Source: Ginglymostoma cirratum (taxonomy: Eukaryota). Taken from it: DNA of 64,000 bases. Location of the stretch: positions 7,093,573 to 7,157,572 of the forward strand of contig JAHRHZ010000084.1 in the NCBI GenBank assembly GCA_024137785.1, read 5' to 3'. This document shows positions 23,673 to 36,400 of the stretch, in pieces; within the stretch, counting starts at the first letter, position 1; every line of letters begins with the position of its first letter. Below the pieces are notes generated by a model, which worked only from the letters and a program-made list of their open reading frames with translations, was not told the DNA's origin and did no database searches. A program made the position numbers and the translations under genes.

Positions 23673-24054
23673 CGGAATATTGATCATGCTCCAAACAGAA
23701 ATGTTAAAGTGAGTTTGGTTAAAGCATGACATAGAAAAGTGCTGAACATCAACTTGAAATCAAACACTGTGGCTGAGTGTGTGTATTTGTTGGGTAAGAA
23801 TGTGGAAACCTTTGAGTTGTCAAAACCTACTTTAGCCTTTTCAATTTTAGTTTGTAGTTTGAATTAATCTGAAATATGCAGTTTAAATTCTCCATTTACA
23901 AACCTTAAACCGTGTTTTTTTTCCCCAAGGTTTGAAGTGAAAATGCAGTTTAACTAAGAAACAGCTTAAACTGGATCCTTATTTAGGGCCATTGTTGGGA
24001 CCACGTATAAGTAGCTAACTTAGTGCAACTTGTTCGTTGAGAGTTTCAGAGTTA

Positions 24055-24231
24055 GATGTTTCAATGAGTTCAGTGGAGGAAGGAAAGAGATACATGGTTT
24101 CTTACTTGCCTAAAAAAAGCTGCCAAGTAGCGAGAAGAATTGATGTTTCAATGAGTTCAGTGGAGGAAGGAAAGAGATACATGGTTTCTTCCTTGCCTAA
24201 AAAAAGCTGCCAAGTAGCGAGAAGAATTGAT
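24055..24231 (+). repeat. 87-bp tandem duplication (2 copies, 1 mismatch)
   Basis: Units start at 24055 and 24142. Confidence 0.95.
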
Positions 24232-24379
24232 CAGAATTTATGTGAAATACTTAGTTCACTTTAGTTTCTATATGGTACTCGAACCGATTTCTCTTCTTAA
24301 TATCTATTTAAGTAGAAAATTGATAATGGTGTTTATACACTTAAAGTATGTTTTAACGAGCACAATTAATTAATGAACT

Positions 24380-25190
24380 AAATTAAACTATAAATAACAG
24401 ATGTGACAGGTCATGTTACTGCTGCAAGATGTGGGAGCTGTTGAACACCAAATTGACCCACACTAAACTCGTTTGTAGCAAATGTTTGCAGCACAAATTT
24501 CGATCAGACTGGAGGACCTGGATTCCAAGCTGCAGGAAATGTGCCATGTCAGGGAGGACGAGAGTTACCTGGACAGGATGACACATCCCTCGGATTAGGT
24601 CATTCAACTTCAGGTATGCAAAACTAAAGGGTAGCATTTAAGCAGACTCAGTCCCTGAAATACTCCAGCAATTACAAGGGTCTTTCAAGCTATGTGAATA
24701 TGAATGGGGAATGCTGGGAGGATGATCAAGCACACCATGTTACAAATAAATTTTCACGTTGGGGGAAGTAGTAAGAACATAGTATCGGTAGGGAGCCATT
24801 TCATTAGAGTGCATGAGTCCAAAGGCTTTTTTCCCTGCCGACTGCAAGATTTAAGGTTTGGAGGACCTCGGAGGGATAGATAGAGAGGTTTTAATGGTCT
24901 ATATTGGTATCAATGAAATTATGAAATGTAAGAATGGGCTTTTATGGAAAGAATTTGAATAGTTAGGAGCTAAATTAAAAATAAGAACTTTCAGGTAACA
25001 ATAATCAGAATTCTTCAACAAGCCACTATCAAATAGGCCAAATTAAGAAAAGTCATGGAGTTAAATGCACATCTGAAAGTTTAATGTGGAATGAATGGGT
25101 TTTAGGTGATGAGGCATTGGCACTAGTACTAGTGTAGAAGGATACTGTTTCAGTGGTACCTGTTTTACTTCAACCATGATGGGATTAATT
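24380..25190 (+). mobile_element. Degenerate CR1 5'/ORF1 (zinc-finger/esterase-like) region
   Basis: tgctgcaagatgtgggag (CCKMWE), CSKC and atattggtatcaatga (HIGTND-like) remnants. Confidence 0.5.
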
Positions 25191-25698
25191 TAAAGCTCTG
25201 GAGAGGAGATTTGTATTTTTTCCAAATCAAAAGGGTATGCCCCGGAGGGTCTTCTACTCCCGAATAGAAGCATGTTAAGTTCAAGCTCCCCGAATCTACT
25301 GCTGGTCTTTTCTACCCAAAGCGAACAGCATAATCAAATTCATCATTATGTTCTGAATGGCCTAAGCTAAGCGACGTATCGCTAACCAGTTGAAGGGACG
25401 TATCTTCAAAACGTAATTGAAAGAAATGCGCCGGTTTCTTCAAACTACAACTCCACACACGAAGTCACTAATCTCTGACACATTTCCTCATCTCATTTTT
25501 TTTTCTAAAGCCATTCAATCCGAAATGTTGGATGTCCTTTGCTTAAGACCGTCCATTTGCCTGCCATGGTCCAAAACGGTTCTGTCCTGTAGCTCGCACC
25601 CTCGGGCCTTAGTATTTCAAATATGATTAATCCTACAGTTAATTTCTACTTTTAGTTTATTTTTGAGATGCTTATTCGCATTTTACATTGGTTTTCAG

Positions 25699-25865
25699 GT
25701 AGTTTTTGCAGTCCCATCCCTCCCACCAAAGCTGCAATTAAAGGAACCAGTCATGCTGTGTTGCACATTCCCACTCTTTCTAGAGAAGTAAAAGGCAATG
25801 TTTCATCACTGGTCTCATGGCGAGGACGGGTTCCTAGACCATGGAGAAGTGAAAAGCGAAGTTAG
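25699..25865 (+). pseudogene. Relict V-exon 5' half of a diverged fourth paralog
   Basis: ttttcag| acceptor; KAAIKGT then, after a frameshift, VMLCCTFPLFLEK*KAMFHHWSHGEDGFLD, aligning to KAARGDNVSIFCTFPIF...WWRRNEESFL. Confidence 0.65.
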
Positions 25866-26150
25866 CCCCGTTGCCTTACAGTACCAAGGACCCGGGTTCG
25901 ATTCCAAACTCGGTCGATTGCCTTTGTGGAGTTTGCACATTCTCCGAGCGCCTGCGTGGGTTTCCTTCGATTGCTCAGGTTTCCTCCCACATCCCAAAGA
26001 TGCGCAGTTTACGTGGATTGGATACGCCAAATTGCCCATTGCGTCTAGCGTGGTGAATGCAGGGATAGGGTGCGTCAAGGTGGGATGCTCTGCGTATGGA
26101 CCGTGTGGTCTCGAATGTCCAAATGCCCTGCTTCTGCGAATCTATGAGCC
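25866..26150 (+). mobile_element. HE1-type V-SINE
   Basis: B-box GGTTCGATTCC plus V-domain gtggagtttgcacattctcc...gggtttcct...ttcctcccacatcccaaagatg. Confidence 0.85.
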
Positions 26151-26159
26151 ATGTAGGAA

Positions 26160-26267
26160 ATGTATGAGGTTGTCAGCACTTCTCAAGCACCAGAGCCTTC
26201 CTCCAATGAAGCTGCATTCAGCTGCCAAATGTCTCACATTTCTTTTCAGAGTCAATTACATCTTTGA
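26160..26267 (+). pseudogene. Relict C1-exon 3' half of the diverged paralog
   Basis: MYEVVSTSQAPEPSSNEAAFSCQMSHISFQSQLHL* aligns without gaps to LYEVTSSLEEAQPVRGSVIYTCLVSHVCLKVPASV. Confidence 0.7.
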
Positions 26268-26924
26268 ACTTATCTTTAGAACCTTTCCCTCGTTTATAAT
26301 TTCCCAGAAGACAAGGGCACCTCGTAGCACAAATTGATCCATTTGTTGATATTTTGTTTCGACATTTTAAAACGAATTTATACGTGCTCTGTTGATTACA
26401 CAATCTCATGTATCATTGGGTGTTCTTGCTGATTGAATTAACGCTAAAACGTAGAGGTCTTATATTTCCATTACTCTTTTGCAGATGCTGCTAACGCCAC
26501 TATCGTTTTACAGCATCACGAAATTTATTGGGAATAACAAAAAATAACAGTGTTAGTGGTTATTGTTGGGAAGTAATTGAAACTAAGGTAGTTTCTGTTC
26601 ATAGCTGTTCTGTTCCATCAAATATATTTTCTTTTAAAAATATGTTCATGACAAACAAATTAGCGCATGCACAGAAGTTGTCGGCTCTTTAGTTGATAAT
26701 TTTTTTCCATTTCACATAACGCTCTGGCACGGAGATTAGCAGCTTGCAATCTTTTCTTCAGATCCAAATTTTTTGATTTGCAAGCCGCACGTTTATTATA
26801 ACATCGAAGCTGGAAGCCGGTAAACAACTCCATATTAAACGATAAGATGGAGAAATGAGAAATGTGGACATTTAGAACATAATTTAAACATTGGAAGTGG
26901 AAAACAAATCATCCCAGAATAATG

Positions 26925-27087
26925 GGAGATAAAAGGTACTGCAGGTGCTGGAGAATCCGAGATAACAAGCATGGGGCTGGATGAACATAGCAGGTCAAGC
27001 AGCATCATAGGAGCAGGAATACTTGACGTTTCGGGCCTAAACCCGCTCCTATGATGCTGCTTGACCTGCTGTGTTCATCCAGCCCCA
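26925..27087. mobile_element. Penelope-like terminus forming a ~43-bp inverted repeat that abuts the gap
   Basis: tggggctggatgaacatagcaggtcaagcagcatcataggagc mirrored by gctcctatgatgctgcttgacctgctgtgttcatccagcccca. Confidence 0.8.
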
Positions 27088-27487
27088 NNNNNNNNNNNNN
27101 NNNNNNNNNNNNNNNNNNNNNNNNNNNNNNNNNNNNNNNNNNNNNNNNNNNNNNNNNNNNNNNNNNNNNNNNNNNNNNNNNNNNNNNNNNNNNNNNNNNN
27201 NNNNNNNNNNNNNNNNNNNNNNNNNNNNNNNNNNNNNNNNNNNNNNNNNNNNNNNNNNNNNNNNNNNNNNNNNNNNNNNNNNNNNNNNNNNNNNNNNNNN
27301 NNNNNNNNNNNNNNNNNNNNNNNNNNNNNNNNNNNNNNNNNNNNNNNNNNNNNNNNNNNNNNNNNNNNNNNNNNNNNNNNNNNNNNNNNNNNNNNNNNNN
27401 NNNNNNNNNNNNNNNNNNNNNNNNNNNNNNNNNNNNNNNNNNNNNNNNNNNNNNNNNNNNNNNNNNNNNNNNNNNNNNNNNNNNNNN
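27088..27487. other. Assembly gap (400 N)
   Basis: Run of N. Confidence 1.
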
Positions 27488-27752
27488 GTTCGATTCCACC
27501 CTCAGGTAATTGTCTGTGTGGAGTTTGCATATTCTCCCCGGGGCTGCGCGCGTTTCCTCTGGGTACTCTGGTTTCCTCCCACAATCCAAAGATGTGCAGC
27601 TTGCGTGGATTGGCCGTGCTAAACGGCCTGTAGTGTCCAGGGATGTGTAGATTAAGTGGGTTGTATGGAGATGAGTCTGGGTAGGATGCTCTGAGGTTCG
27701 GTGTAGGCTTGTTGGGTCGACGGGCCTGTTTCCACACTGTAGGGATTATATC
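27488..27752 (+). mobile_element. HE1-type V-SINE (5' end lost in the gap)
   Basis: gttcgattcc B-box remnant, V-domain, tail gggcctgtttccacactgtagggatt. Confidence 0.85.
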
Positions 27753-27939
27753 TAAAAGGACAGCAATCTCCTGTTGTCGTTTAGACTTAAATGTTGTGAA
27801 GCTGATGAAAGACATTTTATTCAAAAGAGAACTTGGGGACTAGGTATGCGAATTTAATTCTCATATGATTCTTTATTACTTTAAGAGAGAGATGAGAAAA
27901 TATTCCTTCTCAGAAAACGATGCTCGTTTGACTTTTCCA

Positions 27940-30690
27940 AAGGTAACCTTCTTTGTTATCTACCACACCTCCAATTTTGTTGCCATCTGCAAACTTACTA
28001 ACCATACCTACTATGTTCACACCTAAATTATTTGCATATGTGATGAAAAGTAGGGGACCCAGCACTGATCCTTGTTGCACACTGCAGATCACAGGCTTTC
28101 AGCCTGCTAACAACCCGCAAGCACCACCATCTGCCTTCTACCTTCGAGCCATGGTTAGTTCTTCGTCTATTTCATGTGACCTAGCTTTGCTAGATCTAAC
28201 CAGTCTACCATGAGGAACCTTGTCGAACATCTTACTGAAGTCACTATACACAACGTCTACTGCTCTTTCCCTCATCAATCCTCCTCGTTACTTTTCTTCA
28301 AAAAACTCAATCGAGGTAGCGAGACACGATTTCCCAAACAAAAAACCACATTGACTATCCATAAGCAGTCCTTGTCTTTACAAATGCATGTAAATCCTTT
28401 TGGTCAGGATTCCTTCCAACAACTTGCCCAACACAAATGTCAGGTTCACTGGTCTGTAGATTCCTGGTTTTTTCCTTACAACTTTTGTTAAACAGTGGCA
28501 CCACGTTCGCCAACCTCCAGTCTTCCGGCACCACACCTGTGGCTATCAATGTTAAAGATATCTCAGCAAGGGGCCGAGCAATCACTTCCCTAGTTTCCCA
28601 CAAAGTTCTACGGTACATCTAATCAGGTGCTGGGGATTTATCCAGCTTTATACGTTTTAAGATGTTCAGCAGCTCCTCCTCTATAATATGGATATTTTTC
28701 AGGATTTTGCTGTTTGTTTCCCCGCGTTCTCTATCTTCCATATCATTCTGCCCAGCAAACTCTGTCGCAAAATATTCATTTAGATCTCCACCATCTCCTG
28801 CAGTTCCGCACATAGGTGGCCTTGCTGATCTTTAAGGGGCCCTGTTCTCTTCCTAGTTACCCTTCATTCCTTAATATATTTGCAGAATCCCTCTGGATGC
28901 TACTTCACCTTATTTGCCAAAGCTATCGCATATCCCATTTTGCCCTCCTGATTTACCTCTTTTAGGGAGTCACTCCATCTTGCTGCCTGTACCTGACATA
29001 TGCTTCTTTTTTATTCTATACCAAAACCTGAAGTTCTCTAGTCATCCAGCATTCTTGCACATACCAGCCTTGCCGTTCACCCTAACAGAAAGACACCGTC
29101 TCTGGGCTCTCGTTATTACATTTTTGAAGGCTTCCCATTTTCCAACCGTCCATTGACCTGCAAACATCCACCCTCAATCAACTTTTGAAATTTCTTGCCT
29201 CAACCCATTGCAATTGGCCTTCCTCCAATTTAGTTATGGAAAAGGATAGACTAAATTTAAAAGTTGAACTTCTATTTTAAATCTAATAGAATAATGTTCA
29301 CTGGCCCCAAAAATGCTCCCCCATGAAAACCTCAGTCACCTGCCCTGCCTGTTTTACAAATAGTAGGTCAAGTTTTCCACCTTCTCTGGTAGGTACATCA
29401 ACATACTACCTCAAAAGATTTTCTTGTACACACTTAACAAATTCATCTCCATCCTAGCCTTTAACGTCCTGGCAGTCCGAGTCTATGTTTGGAAAGTTAA
29501 AATCGCCAACTGTTACAACCCTATTAATTTCCAAATAAGTTAGTTCTACATACTAATTTGTTTCTCAATTTCACGCTGGCTATTGGGGCTGGGGGTGGCT
29601 TCTATAGAACAATCCCAATCATGTGAACATCACTTTCTTATTTCTCAGTTCCACCAAAGTAACTTCCCTCGAAATATTCCCAGGAATATCCTCCCAAAGT
29701 GAAGCCACAATCTTATGCCTCAACAAAATGTCACTCTCCCTCCTCTCCTGCCCCCCTTTCTATCCTTGCTATAGCATCTACACCCTGGAACATTAAACTG
29801 CCAGTCCCGTCCATGCCTGAGCCATACCTCTGTAATTTCTATGACATCCCAATCCCATGTTATCAACCATCAAGCGTTCTTCTGCTTTCCCTGTTAGGCC
29901 TCTTGCATCGAAATAAATGCACTTTAATTGATCAGTCCTACCTCGTTCTCTGCTTTGTTCCTGCCTGCCATGATTATTTGACTTACTCCTTTTCCGAGCT
30001 GTACCAGTCTCACGCTGATCACTTTCCTCACTATTCCCCTGGGTCCGCTGCCTCATCAACACCACTACTAGTTTAATTCCTCTGAGCACCTCCAGCAAAT
30101 TTCCCCTACATTATATTAGTCCCCTTACAATTCAGGTACACTCCGTCCTCCTTATAAAAGTCTTTTCCATCCCAGATAAGATTCCAATGATCCAAATATG
30201 TGAGTCCGTCTCCCCTGCACCAGCTCCTCAGCCACACATTCATCTGCTCTATTCTCCTAATTCTACACTTGTTTTTATCCAATACTTCCCCAACCACAGA
30301 TGTTAAACGCATAGGCTTGTAGTTTCAATGTTTATCTCTAACACTGCTCTTGATAAATGATACTACATTAGCGATCCTTCAATCCTCTGGCATCCCCTTT
30401 GTGGCTAGAGAGACTTTAAGCATGGATATCAGAGACCCTGCAATTTCCTCGCTTGCATCCCACATATGCCTTGGACACTTCTCACAGGGTCCCGAAAATT
30501 TGTGTACTTCCAACTATGTTAAAACTGTTAATTCCTCCTCCATCTCAACGGTAACTTGTTGAAGTATATTACGGTACGACTCCTGATCTGCATCGTCCTT
30601 CTCTTTTGTGATTACATATGCAAAGTACCTATTTAAATCCTCAGCTGTGTCCTCAGGTTCCACACACAGATTGGCACTTTTATCGTTACT
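27940..30690 (-). mobile_element. Composite degenerate CR1 LINE (RT, endonuclease and ORF1 pieces)
   Basis: QQGSVLGPLLFITYANNL...SKFADG; VPEDWRLANVVPLF; LKCIYFDARGL; MNVWLRSWCRGDG. Confidence 0.9.
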
Positions 30691-30842
30691 TTTTCCTTTT
30701 CTTGTTCAATGTTTCTTGTTGGAAATTAATAAATTGGTCTGGAGTGTGGGCATTTGATTTTGTTTAACCTGGTCACTGGCTCTCTTCTGAGGTCAAAATC
30801 AATGAGCAATGAACTTACTGCCGGTTTTCCTCATTTTAACAG

Positions 30843-31130
30843 CTTTACCAGTTTCCAGAGATATTTTCCCGACGTTAACTGTTTGGATGTGGGACAGTAA
30901 ATCTACCTCCTCGTGCATACACAACATCCCATTCCAGGTTGGAACCTTTACACCGAGGACATCAGCAGAATCGCTTTGGATCCGGGATCTGCAGAATGCA
31001 GCACTCCTATCAAAACAAACTTACCAGATTCCACCAACTATCTGACAAAGTTGTCCAAAGCGCATTCGCACTTCAATTAATCAAAGCTATTTGATATTAG
31101 AGATACACTGAATCAACTTGACATCAAGTC
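30843..31130 (+). pseudogene. Possible highly decayed C1-type exon
   Basis: ttttaacag| acceptor then ALPVS..IFP; QVGTF/TEDIS/WIRD resembles SAFYPEDLGITWLRD; PDSTNYLT resembles the D-E strand; needs several frameshifts. Confidence 0.3.
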
Positions 31131-32229
31131 TGAAATGTTGTAGACAATTTAATTGTTTACAAGCCTGCTGAGTAAACGTGCTGCAGTAGTTTACGTTGTA
31201 GTTTATATAATATGATCAATGTCCCCATTGAGTATTGATCAAGTTAAACGGGCTGTACCGTACTGCAGCATTCATCCAAATTTCTGCAATTACTGTGACA
31301 AATAGTTGTTGAATATACTGGAGAATCGGGATGATTGACTACTTATGACATTTGTCCATGGATTCTCAGATTTACCACGTAATTTTACAGGGTTTTTTTT
31401 TACCTATCTAACGTTAACACTAATAGAGTAGTATGTATCTACACTTGTTTCTTCAGCTCAGTTATGCAATCAAGAATACAATACACCATTCAGCCCATGT
31501 ATTCTGATTCATCATTTAGTTAGATGATGGCTAACCTGCGTCTCAAAACCACTTAGCTGTATGGTTCCCGATCCCTAAATACTATTAATGACCACAAATC
31601 TACCTTCACAATCTTAAATGTTAACATCATCAGCCGTTTGGATAGCAAGCTCCAGATTCCTATGAATCTTTTCCTGAAAAAGAAATGATTCCTCTTTTCA
31701 TTTATGAATGTTTGACGTAAATTTTTAAGGTATTCTCCTGTTTTGGATTCTAACTAGTGTAAGTTCAGCAATGGAGACCTGGTCCAATGAGGAGAATATA
31801 TGTTTGAATAGTGAAATCTGAATTAGGAAGACCTGAAACGGGATCTAGATTATAGGCCTTATTGCAAGCTAAGTCACGCACGAGTATTAATATTTCGACA
31901 AATAAACCTCAAGCAAAAATAGTAATGTGAAATTAGTATTAGCCTTGGCTAGATCACATGTGGATTTTTGTACAGAGAATCCACGAGAGGACAGCACATC
32001 AGAACAACTTATCAGAAAACGCTAGGACAATGCTCTCCAGAAAATTAAAGGCTGAGGCTGACCTGATCAACACTTGTCAAATCATAAAAGAAACTCAGCA
32101 TGTCTGGCAGCATGCATGGAGAGAGAAACAGTGTTAATGTTATGAGTTCAGTAGGACTCTTCTTCAGAATTGAAGGGAGCTGCAAAAAATTATTTTATGC
32201 TGATAACCTAGGGGGATGTGCCCGGGTGG

Positions 32230-33520
32230 GGAACCTGCTCAGCCTGCCTTCATAAGACGCTCCCTCTATATCTGGTATCAGCTTAGCGAAACTTTTCTGC
32301 TGGGCCTCCAGTGCCAGGAACTCTTTCATTAGATAACGGCAATACAGCTGCTCATAGTTTTCTAGCTACAGTCTGATTAGTGCCTTGTATACTTTGAACA
32401 AGTTCTCCCGATTGTGTACTCCATTCGCTTTGAAATAAAGGGCAACATTCTATTTGCCTTCCATATTAACTTTTAAGCTTGGATTCTAGCTTTTTTGTGA
32501 TTCATGTACAAGGACTCAAAAATCTTTCTGTTCCATAGGTTTCTTCAGTCTTTTGCAGGTCCTTTATTCTTCCTGGCAAAGTGTACTCCCTCACATACTT
32601 CAAATTATTGCCCACTCATGTTACATGTTTATATTCCTCTGCAAGACCTGTGTCATCCTCACCAAATGACTTCCCAATTGTCTTTGTGCCATCTGCAATG
32701 CTGGCTACAGAACATTCACTTTCTTCATTCAAGGCATTAATGTATATTGCGAACAGTTGTGTCCACAACACTGAATCCCACCAAGGTCCACTAGAGTCAT
32801 AGAGATGTATCGCATGGAAACAAGCCCTTTGGTCCAGCTCGTCCATGCTAACCAGGCATCCTAAATTAATCTAGTCCTATTTGCCAGCATTTGACCCAAC
32901 TGCCACTAAACAATTTCTTTTCACGTACTCATCCAGATGCCTTTTAAATGTTGTAATTGTACCAGCCTCCACGACTGTTTCTGTCACCGCCCTCTTCATG
33001 AAACGGTTCAGCCTTAGGCCCCTTTTAAATCTTTCCCCTCTCATCTGAAGCCTATGCCCTCCAATTTAAACTCCCACATCCTGGGGAAACGACCTTGGCT
33101 GTTGACTCTATCCATGCCCATCATGATTTTATAAACCTCTGTAAGGTTACCTCTCAGCCTCCAATGCTACAGGGAAAGTAATCCCAGTCTATTCAGCCTT
33201 TTCTTATCGCTCAAACACTCCAACCCAGGCAACATCCTTGCAAATATTTTTCTGCATCCTTTCAAGTTTCACAACATCTTTCTTATAGCTTGGAGAGCAG
33301 AATTGAATGCAGGATTCCAAAAGTGCCCTAACTAACGTCCTGCAACATGACCTCTCAAATCCAATGTTCACTGCAATGACAAAGAAAGACAAGCGTACCA
33401 AACACCTTCTTCACTATACTGTCAATCTGCGACTCTACTTTCAAGGAACTATGAACCTGCACTCCAAGTTCTTTTTCTTCAGCAACACTGTCAAGCAGCT
33501 TGCCATTAAGTGTATTTGCA
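32230..33520 (-). mobile_element. Two nested CR1 LINE fragments
   Basis: WTQLFAIYINALNEESECSVASIADGTK; RTLVRALLESCIQFCSPSYKKDVVKLER. Confidence 0.85.
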
Positions 33521-33839
33521 GGTTTCCATCCTGAACTGTGGAGGGAAGATCTCTACATAAGATGAGGTTAGAAACCATCCCAAAAATAACAGCTTGACGT
33601 TCTGTGGGCCATGGGTCAGAAAAGAGAATGAGTCTGAAAGTTGGTGTTTAACCTATACCGGGTAGAAGACAACAGCACCATCCTGACCAGCAAAACTGTT
33701 AATGAATTCAAAGTTAGAACTACGAGAATGTTGTGCAGCAAATTCAGAGGGACAAAGGTTACAGTATGCAAATGGGGCAGAGCAAATATGACAGTCAATG
33801 TCAAATTGATAAGTCTCATGCTCAAAGACCGGTGGAGAA

Positions 33840-34540
33840 TTCCAGTGGAGGGGTTGATTAGAAGTGGATGAAAGAGTCCATGGAGCAGCATGGGGACTCC
33901 TGCCCCAGAGTTCAACATCATGTTCTGCCTGAAATTAATTGAAGTGGGGGCATAATGGGAGAAATTAAATTATTTACTGAGTATTGATTGCCAGCGTCTG
34001 AATAAAGAAAGAAGATTCACCATAGACTTACAGAACCATAGGCTGCTGTCTAAATTACACACGAGAGCAGAGGTTGAGAAGGAAAATATTTTATGTTGAC
34101 CTCAGCCAGTGTAAGAATTAAGCTTGCACATTTGGTGCCACTCTGCATCACAAACCAGCCATTCAAAGTAACTAATCCTCATTGTAATAGTGAATACCTC
34201 GAGGCTATTGTGAATCCAGGGCAAGTTATGGAATTGGAAGAAAGGATGAAGTCAGAGTGAAGTAGAGGGAGGGAAGAATCCAGAAGGGCACCAGTATTTG
34301 TGAATTTTTGAGCTTGTTTTCCTTAAGAATTCAAAGGAAGAAAAAGTGCTTCTTGTTAAAGTTGTGCATGAAACAAATAATAAAATAGAACTGCGAACTA
34401 GGACAGTGTGAGGTAGTACTGATGGAGAGAGTGATTTAAGAGAGTGCATGTGGCAGCACATGGCACTGGTTATGGATGTGGGATAGGGTGGGATCAGTTG
34501 AGTACTATTGCTGACCAATTATCTCACACTTCTTCTTCAT
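33840..34540 (-). mobile_element. Old L2-like LINE remnants
   Basis: Degenerate minus-strand reading IPPYPTSITSAMCCHMHSLKSLSPSVL resembles the L2 C-terminus. Confidence 0.4.
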
Positions 34541-35469
34541 CTAAGGAGGATTAAATGATTATGGTAAGCACCGTCATGTCCACCCTCACTTGCATTTGCA
34601 GTCCCGGAAGCAAGCCTTCTGAAGCAAGCACCCAACCACTCTTGGGACAAACAGCATTTCCAGTGCATCCTAGCCAAACTTTTAATACAATGTATTCATT
34701 CTACACTCTCTACTTCTACATATTGTTGGTTTGCATCATCTGCTTTGGTCAACATCAGTCAAAATATTCATTATATCCTCTAATTTTGCATATGGCCTCT
34801 CAGTATAATTCACTCTTTTCTGCTAACAGCTACCACAAAACGTTTTGCCTTCTGTTTGCTAACGAAAGTTTGTAGAAGACATTTCAGTTCTATTTTATTA
34901 CAGCAGCCATTCGATTCTTAGAATATCTTTGCCAAATTATTTTCATCTTCAGTTCTACTATCAATTTACTGTATTTGGTCTGATCAGCGTCTTGAGGTAT
35001 TTCTGACTGTTCATTTGAATACTTGTATACTTGTACCCATATGTGAATGTGTCTATGACTGCCTATTTACGCTTACATATATTTAGGAATGTCTGTGTAC
35101 ATGTGCCAGAAAAGCATGTGACAGTAAGACAATTATGTGACATTGGAATCAAGTTCATCAGACTCTTCACAGGGAGGGTTATCAAATATTGTTTCCGACT
35201 GAGTAACATCAAACACTGGTGCTTGAGCAAGCAGCAAGCTTTAAAAGACGACACAGGCAGAAGGGTTTTTTTTGGATTGAATTTCGGAGCTTTGGAATTT
35301 TGCACCTCAGGGCATATCCACAAATGATGGAAATTAAATATGAAGAAGAGATCAGAATTGCCGCAAGAGCAAGTTGTGAAAGCGACTGGAAAACAGAGAC
35401 GAGACGTTTAAAATATGACGTCGCTAGTTCAGGAGCCAATGGAGACAAACCAACAAGGAAAATAATTTT

Positions 35470-36400
35470 TCTATTCATTTGTGGAATGTAGGCATCGCTG
35501 GCTGACCAGCATTTCTTGCCCAGCCCTGGTTGCCTTTGAGAAGGTGATGGTGAGCCGCCTTCTTGAATCGCTGCAGTCCACCTCCTGTAGGTTGTAGGGA
35601 TGGAATTTCCGGATTTTGACCCAGTCACAGTGAAAAAGACAGGCTTTATATTTCCAAGTCATGATGGTGAGTGGCTTGGAGGGGAGAATGGAGGTGATGG
35701 TGTTCCCATATGTCTGCTGCCGTTGTCCTTCTGGATGGAAGTAGTAATGGGTTTGATGGTGCTGTCTGGGGATCTTTGGTGAATTTCTGCATTCCATCTT
35801 GCAGATGGTACACACTGCTGCTACTGAGCATTGGTGATGGACGGAGTAGAATCTTGTGGATGTAATGCCAATCAAGTGGGCTACTTTGTCCTGGATGGTG
35901 TCAAGCTTCTTGAGTATTGTTGGGGCTGCACTCAGCCAGCCAAGTGGGAAGGATTCCATCACACTCCTGATCGATGCCTTGTCGATGGTGGACAGGTTTT
36001 GAGGAGTCAAGAGGTGAGTTACTGGTCGCAGTATTCCTAGCTTCTGGCCTGCTCTTGTAGCCACTGTATTTATGTGGTGAGTCCAGTTGAGTTTCTGGTC
36101 AATGTTAACCCCAGGATGTTGATAGCGGGGGATTCAGTGATGGTGACATCATTGAATGTCAAGGGGTGGTGGTTGGAACGTCTATTTTTGGTGCTGGTCA
36201 TAGCCTGGCATTTGTGTGGCGTGAATGTCACTTGCCACTTGTCAGCCCAAGCCTGGATATTATCCAGACCTTGTTGCATTTGAACATGGGCTGCTTCAGT
36301 ATCTGATGAGTAACGAATAGTGCTGAACATTGTGCAATCATCGGCGAACATCCCCATTCAGACCTTATGATGATGGGAAGGTCATTGATGAAATAGCTGA
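35470..36400 (-). mobile_element. CR1/L2-group LINE 3' fragment, paralog of 545-1478 in opposite orientation
   Basis: MFADDCTMFSTIRYSSDTEAAHVQMQQGLDNIQAWADKWQVTF; ATRAGQKLGILRPVTHLL. Confidence 0.9.

Noticed and set aside
24037-24264. Repeat-containing 75-aa ORF or CRISPR-like array
   Set aside because: Only two adjacent copies with no spacers; eukaryotic context
25885-25905. tRNA gene (GGTTCGATTCC)
   Set aside because: B-box of a tRNA-derived SINE; no cloverleaf
27005-27824. Long ORFs of 150-250 aa
   Set aside because: Artefacts of translating through the N gap and SINE sequence
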